Shown: positions 21,287-31,934, counted from the stretch's first letter. The stretch: 64,000 nucleotides of DNA from Ignavibacteriota bacterium (GCA_963787835.1 CAWBEI010000005.1:64001-128000); one strand, 5' to 3'. Notes: generated from the sequence alone by a model not told the origin. Translations and numbers: made by a program.

Positions 21287-21417
21287 TGTCATTGCGAGGA
21301 GGAGATTGCGGAGCGAAGCGGAGCAATCTCCGACGAAGCAATCTCTTCGTCGATACGCACGAGATTGCTTCGTCGAACGGATCTCCCTTCGGTCGATCCG
21401 TTCTCCTCGCAATGACA
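21287..21417. repeat. Palindromic doublet, family A (GTCATTGCGAG...CTCGCAATGAC)
   Basis: Terminal inverted repeats plus internal GAAGCAATCT/AGATTGCTTC; four copies in window. Confidence 0.9.
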
Positions 21418-21434
21418 GGACAACAGCGAAGAAT

Positions 21435-22070
21435 ATGAGCGCACTATTAGGTAAAAAAGTTGGTATGACCGGCATCTTTGACGATCAGGGACAATATGTT
21501 CCCGTGACCGTCATTCAGGCTGGCCCATGCTTCGTAACTCAGGTCAAGACGAAAGATGCCGATGGCTATGATGCCGTTCAGCTTGGTTTCGAGGACATGG
21601 ATGAGCGTAAGCTGAACAAGCCCGAAAATGGTCATTTCGCAAAAAGCGGCACATCGGCGAAGCGGTATCTGAAGGAATTCCGGTCGTTTCCCGATAGCGA
21701 ACTTGCGTCCATGACGCCGGGCAAAGCGATCAACGCAGCGGACCTTTTTCATGAAGGCGATACCGTGCATGTATCCTCGACCTCCAAAGGCCGCGGGTTC
21801 CAGGGCGTTGTGAAGCGCCATCATTTTGGTGGTGTCGGTCAAACGACGCACGGTCAATCCGACCGCCAGCGTGCGCCGGGATCGATCGGCTCGTCGAGCT
21901 ATCCTTCCCGCGTATTTAAAGGACAGCGTATGGGTGGTCGAATGGGTGGCAATCGCATTACCACGCGAAATCTTCGCGTGATGAAAGTGCTGCCGGAACA
22001 AAATTTAGTGCTCGTGAGCGGATCGTTCGCCGGGGCGAAGAACCAACTGGTGGAGATCGTAAAAGCTTAA
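21435..22070 (+). CDS. rplC: 50S ribosomal protein L3
   Basis: LLGKKVGMT, SKGRGFQGVVKRH; start re-called downstream of the repeat. Confidence 0.97.
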   Translation: MSALLGKKVGMTGIFDDQGQYVPVTVIQAGPCFVTQVKTKDADGYDAVQLGFEDMDERKLNKPENGHFAKSGTSAKRYLKEFRSFPDSELASMTPGKAINAADLFHEGDTVHVSSTSKGRGFQGVVKRHHFGGVGQTTHGQSDRQRAPGSIGSSSYPSRVFKGQRMGGRMGGNRITTRNLRVMKVLPEQNLVLVSGSFAGAKNQLVEIVKA

Positions 22071-22074
22071 AAAG

Positions 22075-22749
22075 ATGGAAGTACAAGTTTTAAGTAAAAG
22101 CGGCATAGCGACCGGGCGCAGCGTAACGCTTGCGGACGATATCTTTGGTATCGAGCCGCACGAGCATGCGATGTGGCTGATGATCGAAACGCATCTTGCG
22201 AATCAGCGTCAGGGTACGCATAGCACACTGACGCGCGGAACGGTCTCTGGCTCGACGAAAAAGCTGTTTCGCCAAAAGGGAACCGGTCGTGCGCGTCAAG
22301 GATCGATCAAAAGCGGACTTCATCCGGGCGGTGGAACCATGCACGGCCCTCAGCCGCATAAATATGGGAAGTCGCTGCCGAAAAAAGTGAAGCAGCTTGC
22401 TCGCAAGAGCGCGCTTTCGGAGAAAGTAAAGAATAATGCGTTCGTCGTCGTCGAAGACTTAAATTTTGATTCGCCGCGCACGAAGCAAGTGCAGGAAGTT
22501 TTAAATGCACTGAATCTGAACACGAAGCAGGCATTGCTTTTAACCGCCGGCGATAACGCATCGGTCTATCTGAGCGGTAGGAACATTCCCACGCTTACGA
22601 TCTCCGCAGCAGATAAGGCTTCGATGTATGAAATTTGGAAGTCGCGAGCGATCATCGCTGAGGAATCGGCAGTTGCCGCGATCGAGAAGAGCTTTGCAGG
22701 GCTTGCGCAGGAAAAGCCGGAAGTCGAACACATTTCAATCCCGGCATAA
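22075..22749 (+). CDS. rplD: 50S ribosomal protein L4
   Basis: RQGTHST, RQKGTGRARQG. Confidence 0.97.
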   Translation: MEVQVLSKSGIATGRSVTLADDIFGIEPHEHAMWLMIETHLANQRQGTHSTLTRGTVSGSTKKLFRQKGTGRARQGSIKSGLHPGGGTMHGPQPHKYGKSLPKKVKQLARKSALSEKVKNNAFVVVEDLNFDSPRTKQVQEVLNALNLNTKQALLLTAGDNASVYLSGRNIPTLTISAADKASMYEIWKSRAIIAEESAVAAIEKSFAGLAQEKPEVEHISIPA

Positions 22750-22761
22750 GTATTAGAAGAA

Positions 22762-23079
22762 ATGGCACGAGAAGTTTTAAAACGCCCGCTCCTTACCGAG
22801 AAGGCAACATTGCAAGCCGAGAAGGGAATTTATCACTTCGAGGTGCTTGCCGATACGAATAAGATCGAGATCGCGGACGCGGTGCGCAAGCAGTTCGGCG
22901 TGATCATCAAGAGCGTTCGTATTTCCTGGCAAAAGCCGAAGCACAAAACGCAGTTCACCCGCAAGGGCGCGCGTCACGGCGTAAAACAGGGATTTAAGAA
23001 AGCGATCGTGCATCTCGCTCCGGGCCAAACGATCGACGTTTTTGCGCCGATGGATGCGAAGGAAAGGGGAGCGCTATAA
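22762..23079 (+). CDS. rplW: 50S ribosomal protein L23
   Basis: PLLTEK, NKIEI, KKAIV; operon position. Confidence 0.95.
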   Translation: MAREVLKRPLLTEKATLQAEKGIYHFEVLADTNKIEIADAVRKQFGVIIKSVRISWQKPKHKTQFTRKGARHGVKQGFKKAIVHLAPGQTIDVFAPMDAKERGAL

Positions 23080-23082
23080 ACA

Positions 23083-23919
23083 ATGGCTATTAGGAATTTA
23101 AAACCGAGAACGCCGGCGACGCGGTATTACTCGATCTCGACATTTGACGAGATCACGAAGACCACGCCGGAAAAATCGCTGCTCGAACCGCTGCGCAAAT
23201 CCGGCGGTCGTGGTAATACGGGACGCATCACCTCGCGCCATCGCGGCGGCGGACACAAGCGCATGTATCGCGTGATCGATTTCAAGCGCGACAAGATAGG
23301 CATTCCAGGCACAGTATCCTCGATCGAATACGATCCGAACCGTAGCTGCCGCATCGCGCTCATTACGTATGCCGATGGCGAAAAGCGATACATTCTTGCT
23401 CCAGAAGGTCTTGCCGTTGGTGGCACTATCACTTCAGGGCCTGATTCTGAGATCAACGTTGGCAATACGCTTCCGTTGAAGAATATGCCGCTCGGTACCA
23501 CGGTGCATAATGTGGAACTTACGGCAGGTCGTGGTGGGCAGATCGCTCGCTCGGCTGGCAATGCATGTCAGGTGATGGCAAAAGAAGGAGAATTTGCGAC
23601 GCTGAAAATGCCTTCGGGAGAAGCGCGCAAAATTCGTTTGGAATGTTTTGCAACGATCGGCCAGGTCGGTAATGCAGATTATTTTAACATTAGCTGGGGT
23701 AAAGCAGGGCGTTCGCGCTGGCTCGGTATTCGTCCGCAGACGCGCGGCATGGCGATGAATCCAGTCGATCACCCAATGGGCGGCGGCGAAGGTAAATCAA
23801 AATCTGGCGGTGGACGCCGGCATCCGAAGTCGCCGTGGGGTCAGCTTTCAAAAGGTTACAAGACTCGTAAGGGCAAGAACGCATCGACGAAGTATATCGT
23901 TAAGCGCCGCTCGAAATAA
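23083..23919 (+). CDS. rplB: 50S ribosomal protein L2
   Basis: [31 protein letters not shown]. Confidence 0.98.
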   Translation: MAIRNLKPRTPATRYYSISTFDEITKTTPEKSLLEPLRKSGGRGNTGRITSRHRGGGHKRMYRVIDFKRDKIGIPGTVSSIEYDPNRSCRIALITYADGEKRYILAPEGLAVGGTITSGPDSEINVGNTLPLKNMPLGTTVHNVELTAGRGGQIARSAGNACQVMAKEGEFATLKMPSGEARKIRLECFATIGQVGNADYFNISWGKAGRSRWLGIRPQTRGMAMNPVDHPMGGGEGKSKSGGGRRHPKSPWGQLSKGYKTRKGKNASTKYIVKRRSK

Positions 23920-23925
23920 AAAATT

Positions 23926-24207
23926 ATGTCACGTTCGCTAAAAAAAGGACCGTTCATCGATGAAAAGCTGCTCTCCAAAGTGGAGACGCTGAATGCTGCT
24001 CGTCAGAAAAAAGTGATCAAGACGTGGTCGCGTTCGAGCACCATTTCGCCCGACTTTGTTGGACACACGTTTACAGTTCACAACGGTAATAAGTTTATTC
24101 CGGTCTATGTGACGGAGAATATGGTGGGGCATAAGCTTGGAGAGTTCGCGCCGACGCGTCAGTTTCGAGGCCACTCCGGAACGAAAACGGAAGCAGCGAC
24201 GAAATAA
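23926..24207 (+). CDS. rpsS: 30S ribosomal protein S19
   Basis: [22 protein letters not shown]. Confidence 0.98.
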   Translation: MSRSLKKGPFIDEKLLSKVETLNAARQKKVIKTWSRSSTISPDFVGHTFTVHNGNKFIPVYVTENMVGHKLGEFAPTRQFRGHSGTKTEAATK

Positions 24208-24222
24208 AGAATTTTATATAGT

Positions 24223-24723
24223 ATGGCAAAGAGCGCACGCGCAATGAAGCGCAGTATTCAGAGTTCACCGGTCAAAATGAGGATCGTCCTCAATTTGATC
24301 CGCGGCAAGCGTGTGCCGGAGGCACTATCGATCCTCCATTTCACGCCGAACCATGCATCGATCGTGGCGGAAAAAACACTTCGCAGTGCCGTTGCGAATT
24401 TTCAGATGAATCCGGAGAACGCCCGCGTCGATGTGGACGATCTCTATGTGCGTGAGTGCTCCTCCGATGGCGGCGCAGTGCTCAAGCGTATTCTTCCCGC
24501 TCCGATGGGACGTGCGTTTCGGGTGCGCAAGCGTTCGAATCACTTGACGATCATCGTCGGTGATGAGCCGCTTGGAGGAATTAAGAAGACGCGCAAGCGT
24601 TCGGGCGCCAAGCCTGCCGTCGCAAGAACGAAGACGCCGAGTACAAAAGCAAAACAAGTTTCAAGTGTCGAAGAGGTTCCGGTGACGGACGCTGCGGCGG
24701 TAGAATCATCAACAAGCGAATAA
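24223..24723 (+). CDS. rplV: 50S ribosomal protein L22 with C-terminal extension
   Basis: SPVKMR.VLNLIRGK, SAVAN, GRAFRVRKRSNH. Confidence 0.95.
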   Translation: MAKSARAMKRSIQSSPVKMRIVLNLIRGKRVPEALSILHFTPNHASIVAEKTLRSAVANFQMNPENARVDVDDLYVRECSSDGGAVLKRILPAPMGRAFRVRKRSNHLTIIVGDEPLGGIKKTRKRSGAKPAVARTKTPSTKAKQVSSVEEVPVTDAAAVESSTSE

Positions 24724-24738
24724 CGACTACATAATCTT

Positions 24739-25653
24739 TTGGGACAGAAAACAAACCCGGTCGGCTTCAGAGTCGCGGTAACGCGCCCATGGGATGCGCG
24801 TTGGTACGACGATAAAAACTTTGCGCAGAAGCTCGAAGAGGATAACCTCATTCGTTCCTATGTGAAGAACCGCTTGAAGCGTGCGGGCTTGTCGAAGCTG
24901 ACGATCGACCGCACGACCAAGCGCATCGTGGTAACCATTCACACATCACGCCCTGGCGTTGTGATTGGTAAGAGCGGGAAAGAAATTGCTCAAATCGAAG
25001 AGGAATTAAAGAATGTGACGGGCGGTAAGGAAGTAAAGATCCTTATCAACGAAGTGAAACGCCCGGAAACGGACGCACAGCTTATCGGCGATCAGATCGC
25101 GCAGCAGCTCGAAGGACGTATCGGTTTTCGCCGAGCGATGAAGGGCGCCATCTCCGCAGCCATGCGTTCTGGCGCGGAAGGCGTGCGTATCATGTGCGGT
25201 GGGCGGCTTGGCGGAGCAGAAATTGCGCGTTCGGAGCAGTATAAAGAGGGAAGAATTCCCTTACATACCCTTCGTGCCGATATTGATTTTGCTCGAAGCA
25301 CCGCGCATACCATCTATGGCGCTATCGGTGTGAAGGTTTGGGTTTGCCACGGTGATATCATCGGGCAAACACCGCTTCAGCTTGCAGCGGAAGTTGCAGT
25401 CAACGGAGTAGAGCAGCAGGATAAACGGCCGATCGTTTCCGCGGCAGGCGGCGAACGCCGACGACGCGGCGGCGGACGTGGCCGGGGCGATCGCGATGAG
25501 CGCGGAGGCGGAGAGCGCGGCGGTGATCGTGGAGATCGTCGCTCGGGTGGCGAACAAAGCGGGGAACCTGCGGTACTGAAACCGCGCAGACCACGCGCGG
25601 CACGCAGCGAAACAAGCACGACATCCGGGCCAATTATTCGAAAACAAGTTTAA
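24739..25653 (+). CDS. rpsC: 30S ribosomal protein S3 (TTG start, long C-terminal tail)
   Basis: GQKTNPVGFR, RPGVVIGK, GRIPLHTLRADID. Confidence 0.97.
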   Translation: MGQKTNPVGFRVAVTRPWDARWYDDKNFAQKLEEDNLIRSYVKNRLKRAGLSKLTIDRTTKRIVVTIHTSRPGVVIGKSGKEIAQIEEELKNVTGGKEVKILINEVKRPETDAQLIGDQIAQQLEGRIGFRRAMKGAISAAMRSGAEGVRIMCGGRLGGAEIARSEQYKEGRIPLHTLRADIDFARSTAHTIYGAIGVKVWVCHGDIIGQTPLQLAAEVAVNGVEQQDKRPIVSAAGGERRRRGGGRGRGDRDERGGGERGGDRGDRRSGGEQSGEPAVLKPRRPRAARSETSTTSGPIIRKQV

Positions 25654-25665
25654 AGAAAGAAGAAA

Positions 25666-26085
25666 ATGCTTCTTCCAAAGAGAGTAAAATATCGCAAGGC
25701 GATGCGCGGTAAGGTCAAGGGCAATGAGACCCGGGGCACGGACGTTGCATTTGGTTCTTTTGGCCTGAAGGCGCTTGAATCCGGTTGGATCACCAGCCGC
25801 CAGATCGAAGCCGTTCGTGTTACGCTTTCGCGTACCATGAAACGTGATGGTAAGATCTGGATCCGGATTTTTCCGGACAAACCAGTGACGAAAAAGCCTG
25901 CAGAAACTCGTATGGGTTCCGGAAAAGGTTCTCCCGAGTTCTGGGTTTCGGTCGTAAAGCCGGGGCGCATCATGTTCGAGGTTGGCGGTATTACGCAGGA
26001 ACTTGCAACGGAAGCATTGCGGCTTGCTGGGCATAAGCTGCCCGTCAAGACCAAAATGGTCACACGGCCAGATTACGTAGAATAA
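25666..26085 (+). CDS. rplP: 50S ribosomal protein L16
   Basis: [18 protein letters not shown]. Confidence 0.98.
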   Translation: MLLPKRVKYRKAMRGKVKGNETRGTDVAFGSFGLKALESGWITSRQIEAVRVTLSRTMKRDGKIWIRIFPDKPVTKKPAETRMGSGKGSPEFWVSVVKPGRIMFEVGGITQELATEALRLAGHKLPVKTKMVTRPDYVE

Positions 26086-26101
26086 AGTTTAGAGAACGAA
26101 A

Positions 26102-26308
26102 ATGAAGGGACTGAAATACGCATCGCTTACGGAGCTAACGGAAGCGCAGCTCAAAAAGCAGATCGGCGAGAACCATGCGCGGCTTACCGCGCTCCGGTTC
26201 CAGAAGACCGTCGGCCAGCTCGATAATCATGCGCAGATCTCAACACTGCGCCAGGATATTGCGCGTATGCAGACGGCGCTCACTTCGCGGAAACCCGAAT
26301 CCAAATAA
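26102..26308 (+). CDS. rpmC: 50S ribosomal protein L29
   Basis: LRFQ..GQL..LRQDIARMQT. Confidence 0.93.
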   Translation: MKGLKYASLTELTEAQLKKQIGENHARLTALRFQKTVGQLDNHAQISTLRQDIARMQTALTSRKPESK

Positions 26309-26311
26309 ACG

Positions 26312-26623
26312 ATGTCAGAAAACGAAAACATAGTGGCAGAAAGCGCAGCGACGGAAGTTGCTACTTCGGAAACTCGGGGACGGCGTAAAGAACGCGTCGG
26401 GAAAGTCGTGAGCGATAAGATGGATAAGACGATCATCGTGACGCTGACGCGCCAGGTGCCGCATCCGCTTTACAAAAAGTATTTTAAGAAGACGACGAAA
26501 TTCGTTGCGCACGATGAAAAGAATGATGCAAAGATCGGCGATATGGTTCGCATCATGGAAACCCGGCCGCTTTCGAAAACAAAGCGCTGGCGCGTCGTAG
26601 AAGTTTTAGAACGAGCGAAATAA
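26312..26623 (+). CDS. rpsQ: 30S ribosomal protein S17
   Basis: [22 protein letters not shown]. Confidence 0.97.
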   Translation: MSENENIVAESAATEVATSETRGRRKERVGKVVSDKMDKTIIVTLTRQVPHPLYKKYFKKTTKFVAHDEKNDAKIGDMVRIMETRPLSKTKRWRVVEVLERAK

Positions 26624-26632
26624 ATTTTTTGC

Positions 26633-26698
26633 GTAGCCGTGAGCTTTAGCTCACGGTGAAACTGGAAAATCACACCGTGGGCTAAAGCCCACGGCTAC
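26633..26698. repeat. GTAG-type REP doublet, family C
   Basis: GTAGCCGTGAGCTTTAGCTCACGG ... CCGTGGGCTAAAGCCCACGGCTAC. Confidence 0.9.
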
Positions 26699-26712
26699 GA
26701 AGTAGAAGTATT

Positions 26713-27081
26713 ATGGTACAGGAAGAAACGAACTTAGTAGTAGCCGATAATTCGGGCGCAAAGCGCGTCCGGTGCATTCGTGTGCTTGGCGGACACGAGC
26801 GCCGCTATGCCGGCTTGGGAGATATCGTTGTCGTAAGCGTGAAAGCGGCGATCCCGAACGGTCAGGTGAAAAAAGGTGAAGTTTCCAAGGCTGTGATCGT
26901 GCGCACGAAAAAAGAATATCGCCGTAAGGATGGTAGCTACATTCGCTTCGATGAGAATGCAGTCGTCCTTTTGAACGCTCAGGGCGAGCCACGGGGCACG
27001 CGTATTTTCGGACCGGTTGCACGCGAACTTCGCGAGCGGCAGTATATGAAGATCGTTTCGTTGGCGCCGGAAGTAATTTAA
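26713..27081 (+). CDS. rplN: 50S ribosomal protein L14
   Basis: [27 protein letters not shown]. Confidence 0.98.
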   Translation: MVQEETNLVVADNSGAKRVRCIRVLGGHERRYAGLGDIVVVSVKAAIPNGQVKKGEVSKAVIVRTKKEYRRKDGSYIRFDENAVVLLNAQGEPRGTRIFGPVARELRERQYMKIVSLAPEVI

Positions 27082-27093
27082 GGAATTTTTATC

Positions 27094-27417
27094 ATGCGGG
27101 TAAAGAAGAACGACATCGTTGAAGTGATCACGGGCAAGAGCCGCGGCAAGCAGGGGAAGATCCTGCGCGTCTATCCGGAGACGAACAAGGTGCTCGTCGA
27201 AGGCGTGAACACGCAGTTCAAGCACGAGCGCCCGAGCGCGAAGAACCAAAAGGGTGGCATCACAACGCGGGAAGCGCCGATCAATGCATCGAATGTGATG
27301 CTCGTCGATCCGAAGACGAATCTTCGTACGCGCATCGGCAAACGCGAACTTATCGGAACCGAAGGCAAAGTACGTTTCGAGCGTTTCTCGAAACGGTCTG
27401 GCGATGTTTTAGCATAA
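27094..27417 (+). CDS. rplX: 50S ribosomal protein L24
   Basis: KOW motif, VEGVN, EAPINASNVM. Confidence 0.97.
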   Translation: MRVKKNDIVEVITGKSRGKQGKILRVYPETNKVLVEGVNTQFKHERPSAKNQKGGITTREAPINASNVMLVDPKTNLRTRIGKRELIGTEGKVRFERFSKRSGDVLA

Positions 27418-27420
27418 AGT

Positions 27421-27488
27421 GTAGCCGTGACCTTTAGGTCACGGTTGCGGAGTAAGATTTTACACCGTGAGCTAAAGCTCACGGCTAT
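27421..27488. repeat. GTAG-type REP doublet, family C
   Basis: GTAGCCGTGACCTTTAGGTCACGG ... CCGTGAGCTAAAGCTCACGGCTA. Confidence 0.9.
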
Positions 27489-27532
27489 GAATGTAGTGAC
27501 GGCCAATATCGTCACTTAAAATGAAATAGAAG

Positions 27533-28237
27533 ATGGCAGAAGAAAAAGAAAAGAAACCGAAAGCGGAAGGTAAGCCTCAGGGAGGCAAACCCAAGGCCGA
27601 AGGCAAGCCGAAGGGCGAGAAGCGAGCAAAAGGCGGGGATGACGGTGCTGAAAAAGCTCCTATTTCTAATCGCCCGGTGCCGCCTGCGCGTTTGCTCGGA
27701 ATTTATCGCGAGCGCGTCGTACCCTCGATGATGAAGCGTTTCAATTACAGCAATGTGAACGAAGTGCCGCGCATTGATAAGATCGCAGTGAATATTGGCG
27801 TCGGCGTTGCCGCAAGCGACCCGAAGCTGCTCGAAGCTGCCGTTCGGGATCTCGAAGCGATCTCCGGTCAGAAGCCGGCGATCACAAAGGCGAAGAAATC
27901 CATCTCGAATTTCAAGCTTCGCGAGAATCAGCCAATCGGCTGCCGCGTAACGTTGCGCCGCGCACGCATGTACGAATTTTTGGATCGCCTGATGACAACG
28001 GCTATCCCACGCATCCGCGATTTTCGCGGCATTCCGGATAAGTCATTCGATGGACGCGGGAATTATACGCTCGGCATTCGCGAGCAGATCATTTTCCCGG
28101 AGATCGATGTCGATAAGGTTTCGCGTATTACGGGCATGGACATCACCTTCGCCACCAGCGCGAAATCGGACGAAGAAGCATTGGAACTTCTCAAAGCATT
28201 TGGCCTGCCGTTCCGCAAACGGGAAACAGCAGCGTAA
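27533..28237 (+). CDS. rplE: 50S ribosomal protein L5 with Lys/Glu/Gly-rich N-terminal extension
   Basis: [29 protein letters not shown]. Confidence 0.97.
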   Translation: MAEEKEKKPKAEGKPQGGKPKAEGKPKGEKRAKGGDDGAEKAPISNRPVPPARLLGIYRERVVPSMMKRFNYSNVNEVPRIDKIAVNIGVGVAASDPKLLEAAVRDLEAISGQKPAITKAKKSISNFKLRENQPIGCRVTLRRARMYEFLDRLMTTAIPRIRDFRGIPDKSFDGRGNYTLGIREQIIFPEIDVDKVSRITGMDITFATSAKSDEEALELLKAFGLPFRKRETAA

Positions 28238-28239
28238 TT

Positions 28240-28327
28240 AGTTAAGAATTAAGAATGAAGAGTTAAGAGTAGATCGAAGGACGAGATTTAGTACTTAGCA
28301 CTTTAGCACTCAGCACTTTAGCACTTA
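28240..28327. repeat. Short degenerate 7-8-nt tandem repeats
   Basis: TTAAGAA/TTAAGAG units followed by TTAGCAC units. Confidence 0.6.
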
Positions 28328-28330
28328 CAA

Positions 28331-28516
28331 ATGGCACGATTAGCCTTACGAGTAAAAGCCAAGCGAACACCGAAGTTCGCGACACGCAAGCACAACCGGT
28401 GCAACCGCTGCGGGCGGTCGCGCTCGTTCTATCGCAAGTTCGGCATTTGCCGAATCTGCTTCCGTGAGCTTGCGCTCGAAGGAAAGATACCGGGCGTTCG
28501 TAAGTCAAGCTGGTAA
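28331..28516 (+). CDS. rpsN: 30S ribosomal protein S14, zinc-binding type
   Basis: 61 aa, [15 protein letters not shown]. Confidence 0.97.
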   Translation: MARLALRVKAKRTPKFATRKHNRCNRCGRSRSFYRKFGICRICFRELALEGKIPGVRKSSW

Positions 28517-28543
28517 TTTTGGCGTAGATGTAATTTTTTATTG

Positions 28544-28930
28544 ATGGATACAATCGGAGATTTTTTAACACGAGTTCGCAACGCCCTGGGGGCGAGGCAC
28601 AAGTACGTCGATGTACCCGCATCCAAGATGAAACTTGCGATGGGAGAGATCCTGCGCGAGCAAGGATACGTCGAAGCGGTCGAGAAGATCGAGGATACCA
28701 AGCAGGGAATGATCCGCGTCACACTGAAATATACGAACGGCGCACCGGCGATCATGGGCCTGAAGCGCATTTCCACTCCGGGATTACGCAAGTACACCTC
28801 CGCATCGCAGACGCCGCGCGTACTCTCCGGACTCGGTATTGCGATCCTTTCTACGCCGAAAGGACTCATGACCGATAAGCAAGCGCGCCAGGCAAATGTG
28901 GGCGGCGAAGTGCTTTGCTACATTTGGTAA
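28544..28930 (+). CDS. rpsH: 30S ribosomal protein S8
   Basis: DTIGDFLTRVRNA, STPGLRKY, GGEVLCYIW. Confidence 0.97.
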   Translation: MDTIGDFLTRVRNALGARHKYVDVPASKMKLAMGEILREQGYVEAVEKIEDTKQGMIRVTLKYTNGAPAIMGLKRISTPGLRKYTSASQTPRVLSGLGIAILSTPKGLMTDKQARQANVGGEVLCYIW

Positions 28931-29058
28931 CTCATATTTAGACTGAGATTCATAAGATTTTGAAATGATTTTTGGGATAGGGGATTTAGGGATTAGTTTT
29001 GGGATAGCACATCCCACGAATCCCTTAAAAATCTTATAAATCCCAGTCAAGGAACGAT

Positions 29059-29598
29059 ATGTCGAGAATAGGAAGAAAAGTTATTGCGATTCCGAAGGGC
29101 GTGACGATCACAGCCAAGGATGGTGCGCTCACGGTCAAAGGACCGAAAGGCCAGCTTGCACAGCAGATACCGCCTGAGATCGGTATTAAGATCGAAGGGG
29201 AAGAGCTTTCGTTCACACGTTCGAGCGATGTAGCAAACGTTCGCGCACTTCACGGGCTTTCACGTGCGCTTGCCAATAATATGGTCGTTGGCGTGACCAC
29301 CGGTTATCAGAAAAAGCTGGATCTGGTAGGCGTTGGATTCAAGGCTGAGAAAAAAGGCAAGTGGGTGCAGTTCGCTTTGGGATACTCTCATCCTGTGGCG
29401 TTCGTGCCACCGCCGGAGATCACCATCGATGTTCCAGCGCCGACTCAAGTAACCATTAGCGGTATTGATAAACAGCTTGTCGGAGCAGTAGCCGCGAAGA
29501 TTCGCTCCATTCGTCCGCCGGAACCTTACAAGGGCAAGGGCGTGAAATATTCGGACGAGACCATTCGCCGTAAAGCCGGTAAGACAGCAGGAAAATAA
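29059..29598 (+). CDS. rplF: 50S ribosomal protein L6
   Basis: MSRIGRK, LGYSHP, PEPYKGKGV. Confidence 0.98.
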   Translation: MSRIGRKVIAIPKGVTITAKDGALTVKGPKGQLAQQIPPEIGIKIEGEELSFTRSSDVANVRALHGLSRALANNMVVGVTTGYQKKLDLVGVGFKAEKKGKWVQFALGYSHPVAFVPPPEITIDVPAPTQVTISGIDKQLVGAVAAKIRSIRPPEPYKGKGVKYSDETIRRKAGKTAGK

Positions 29599-29693
29599 AC
29601 CACGATTTACAAGATTTTAAGGATTAAGAAGGATGGATTTTAAGATTTTTACGATTCTATGTTTCCTAAATCTCAAAAATCCGAGTTAAGATT

Positions 29694-30050
29694 ATGGCAT
29701 CGAAACTGAAATTAAAGGATAGAGAACTTCGGCGCGAACGGCGCAGGCATAAGATTCGCAAGACCGTCGAAGGGACGAGCGCTCGTCCGCGCCTTGTGAT
29801 CTTTCGCAGCAATACCGGCGTCTATGCGCAGCTTGTGGACGATTCGCAGGGATTTACGCTTGCCGCAGCCAGCAGCAAAGGACTGAGCGGTAAAAAGTCC
29901 GAAGTTGCGAAACAGACCGGTGCAGCGCTTGCGGGCATTGCTACCGAAAAGGGAATTAAGTCGGTCGTGTTCGATCGTAATGGATATTTGTATCATGGCC
30001 GTGTGAAGGCGCTTGCAGAAGGCGCGCGCGAAGGCGGCCTGGCATTCTGA
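29694..30050 (+). CDS. rplR: 50S ribosomal protein L18
   Basis: [27 protein letters not shown]. Confidence 0.97.
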   Translation: MASKLKLKDRELRRERRRHKIRKTVEGTSARPRLVIFRSNTGVYAQLVDDSQGFTLAAASSKGLSGKKSEVAKQTGAALAGIATEKGIKSVVFDRNGYLYHGRVKALAEGAREGGLAF

Positions 30051-30067
30051 TTTTATAGAAAACATAC

Positions 30068-30571
30068 GTGGCAAAAATTCGATCAGCCGAACTCAATCTT
30101 AAGGACAAACTTGTCGCCGTCAATCGCGTTGCGAAAGTGGTGAAGGGCGGACGCCGTTTTAGCTTTAATGCGATCGTTGCTGTGGGCGATGGCGGCGGAC
30201 ACGTCGGCATTGGTCTTGGCAAATCCAACGAAGTGGCCGATGCGGTAACCAAAGCGACGGAAGATGCGAAGCGTAACGTGCATTCCGTGCCACTTCGCCG
30301 AGGAACAATTCCTCACGCGATCGAAGGTAAGTTTGGTGCAGGCAGAGTATTTTTGAAGCCGGCATCTCCTGGAACGGGACTCATCGCCGGCGGCGGCGTG
30401 CGTGCCGTGCTGGAACTCGCGGGTGTGCAGGATATTCTGACGAAATCGCAAGGTTCATCGAATCCGCACAATCTCGTAAAGGCAACGATGGCCGCCCTCG
30501 AAAGCCTGAACGATGCTTCGATGGTCTCCGAACGCCGAGGTGTTTCGCTCACAAAAGTTTTTAACGGATAA
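30068..30571 (+). CDS. rpsE: 30S ribosomal protein S5
   Basis: [27 protein letters not shown]. Confidence 0.98.
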   Translation: MAKIRSAELNLKDKLVAVNRVAKVVKGGRRFSFNAIVAVGDGGGHVGIGLGKSNEVADAVTKATEDAKRNVHSVPLRRGTIPHAIEGKFGAGRVFLKPASPGTGLIAGGGVRAVLELAGVQDILTKSQGSSNPHNLVKATMAALESLNDASMVSERRGVSLTKVFNG

Positions 30572-30580
30572 AATATATTT

Positions 30581-30642
30581 GTAGCCGTGACCTTCAGGTC
30601 ACGGTGTGCTTTTTGTAACCGTGACCTAAAGGTCACGACTAC
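30581..30642. repeat. GTAG-type REP doublet, family C
   Basis: GTAGCCGTGACCTTCAGGTCACGG ... CCGTGACCTAAAGGTCACGACTAC. Confidence 0.9.
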
Positions 30643-30664
30643 GAAGAGATAAGGGTAGATGGTT

Positions 30665-30856
30665 ATGGCAACAGCAAAGAAGATTCTTGTAAAGCAGACG
30701 CGTTCGGTCAACGACACGCTCCAGGTACACAAGCGCACGATCAAGGCGCTCGGACTCGGTCGCCCGAACTACGTTGCCATCCACAACGATACTCCCGCCA
30801 TTCGCGGCATGATCCGCGCGGTTCAGCATTTGGTGAAGGTCGAAGACGTGAAGTAA
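30665..30856 (+). CDS. rpmD: 50S ribosomal protein L30
   Basis: TIKALGL, IRGMI..VQHLVKVE; follows rpsE. Confidence 0.94.
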   Translation: MATAKKILVKQTRSVNDTLQVHKRTIKALGLGRPNYVAIHNDTPAIRGMIRAVQHLVKVEDVK

Positions 30857-30939
30857 ATGTGTAGCGCAAACGTTAGTTTGCGTGCGTGCTGCAATGCACG
30901 TCGTATGTCCCAAACGAGCACATTACTTCACGTCTTCGA

Positions 30940-31800
30940 TCATTTCGCCACCACAACCGGCACGCGCAACACCTGCCCGTTCATTCTCACTACACACACA
31001 TACGCGCCGGATGCAGCACCGTTCGCATCCCATGTGAAGGAATGATTACCAGCATCTAACGTCCCATCGTATAGCCTCGCAACCTCGCTGCCCAAAAGAT
31101 TATAGATGCTCACATTCACTGGTGAAGCGTCATCCGTCGAAAAGCTGATCGTTGCCTCATACGAAATGGGATTGGGATAGATGGTTAAAGGTTGTGGTGA
31201 TCCCGGCAATACGGATACACCGTTCGACGGTATGAGCTTGAGGAAAGTGATGTTGTTAACGAGGGACTTCCAAGTAGCAGGGTAAATTGATACACCAAAT
31301 GCCCCTGTGAGCATGATTTGAAGCGAATCCGACGAAGTTAGCATTAACGTATCGGTAAGAAAATATTGTATCCAATTCGTATCAAGTGTCCCAGTCGTGC
31401 TGTCGATAATAGTGCCTAATACTTTAGTCATTATTATAGTATCATTCCGAACGAGCAAAGCAGTTCCGGTGCCTCTTTGAATTGACTTTGCCCAACAGCT
31501 GAGTTGATAGATGCCACTCGATAAATGTGTGAACGTTCGACTAACCTCATCTGCAGAAGCTGAAAACCAAATCGATAGTTTAGCATTTGATCCGGGGGGC
31601 GCACCAGGTAGGAAAAAAAATGCTGTGTCGGTTCCCACAATATCTAATGCCCAATCACCAAGCCATGGCGATCCGCTGCTATCGAAAACGAAGTTGTTGA
31701 TAATGACTGAATCCGTTAACGGTTGCGCAACCGCCGAAGCGGGTTTAAGTAAAATTAACGACGCAAATACAAAAATGACGATAGTGAGAGTGAATTTCAT
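30940..31800 (-). CDS. Secreted protein with T9SS type A C-terminal domain
   Basis: Signal peptide MKFTLTIV..AVAQ (start uncertain); YPNP..IYNLLGSEVA..ASGAYVC. Confidence 0.8.
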   Translation of the reverse strand: MKFTLTIVIFVFASLILLKPASAVAQPLTDSVIINNFVFDSSGSPWLGDWALDIVGTDTAFFFLPGAPPGSNAKLSIWFSASADEVSRTFTHLSSGIYQLSCWAKSIQRGTGTALLVRNDTIIMTKVLGTIIDSTTGTLDTNWIQYFLTDTLMLTSSDSLQIMLTGAFGVSIYPATWKSLVNNITFLKLIPSNGVSVLPGSPQPLTIYPNPISYEATISFSTDDASPVNVSIYNLLGSEVARLYDGTLDAGNHSFTWDANGAASGAYVCVVRMNGQVLRVPVVVAK

Positions 31801-31934
31801 ACTTGGCTTTTTCATCACCAGCCCCATATTAGGAAGACCAACGAAACTACAAAAGGTAACCGAGTTTGCAAGAAAAGCACTATTTATTTTGAAATATGCC
31901 ATATATTGGCCAGAACAATAGAAAAATAATTAAG

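Noticed and set aside
21306-21434. N-terminal extension of rplC in the ORF track
   Set aside because: It is the translation of a family A repeat; the conserved L3 start is at 21435.
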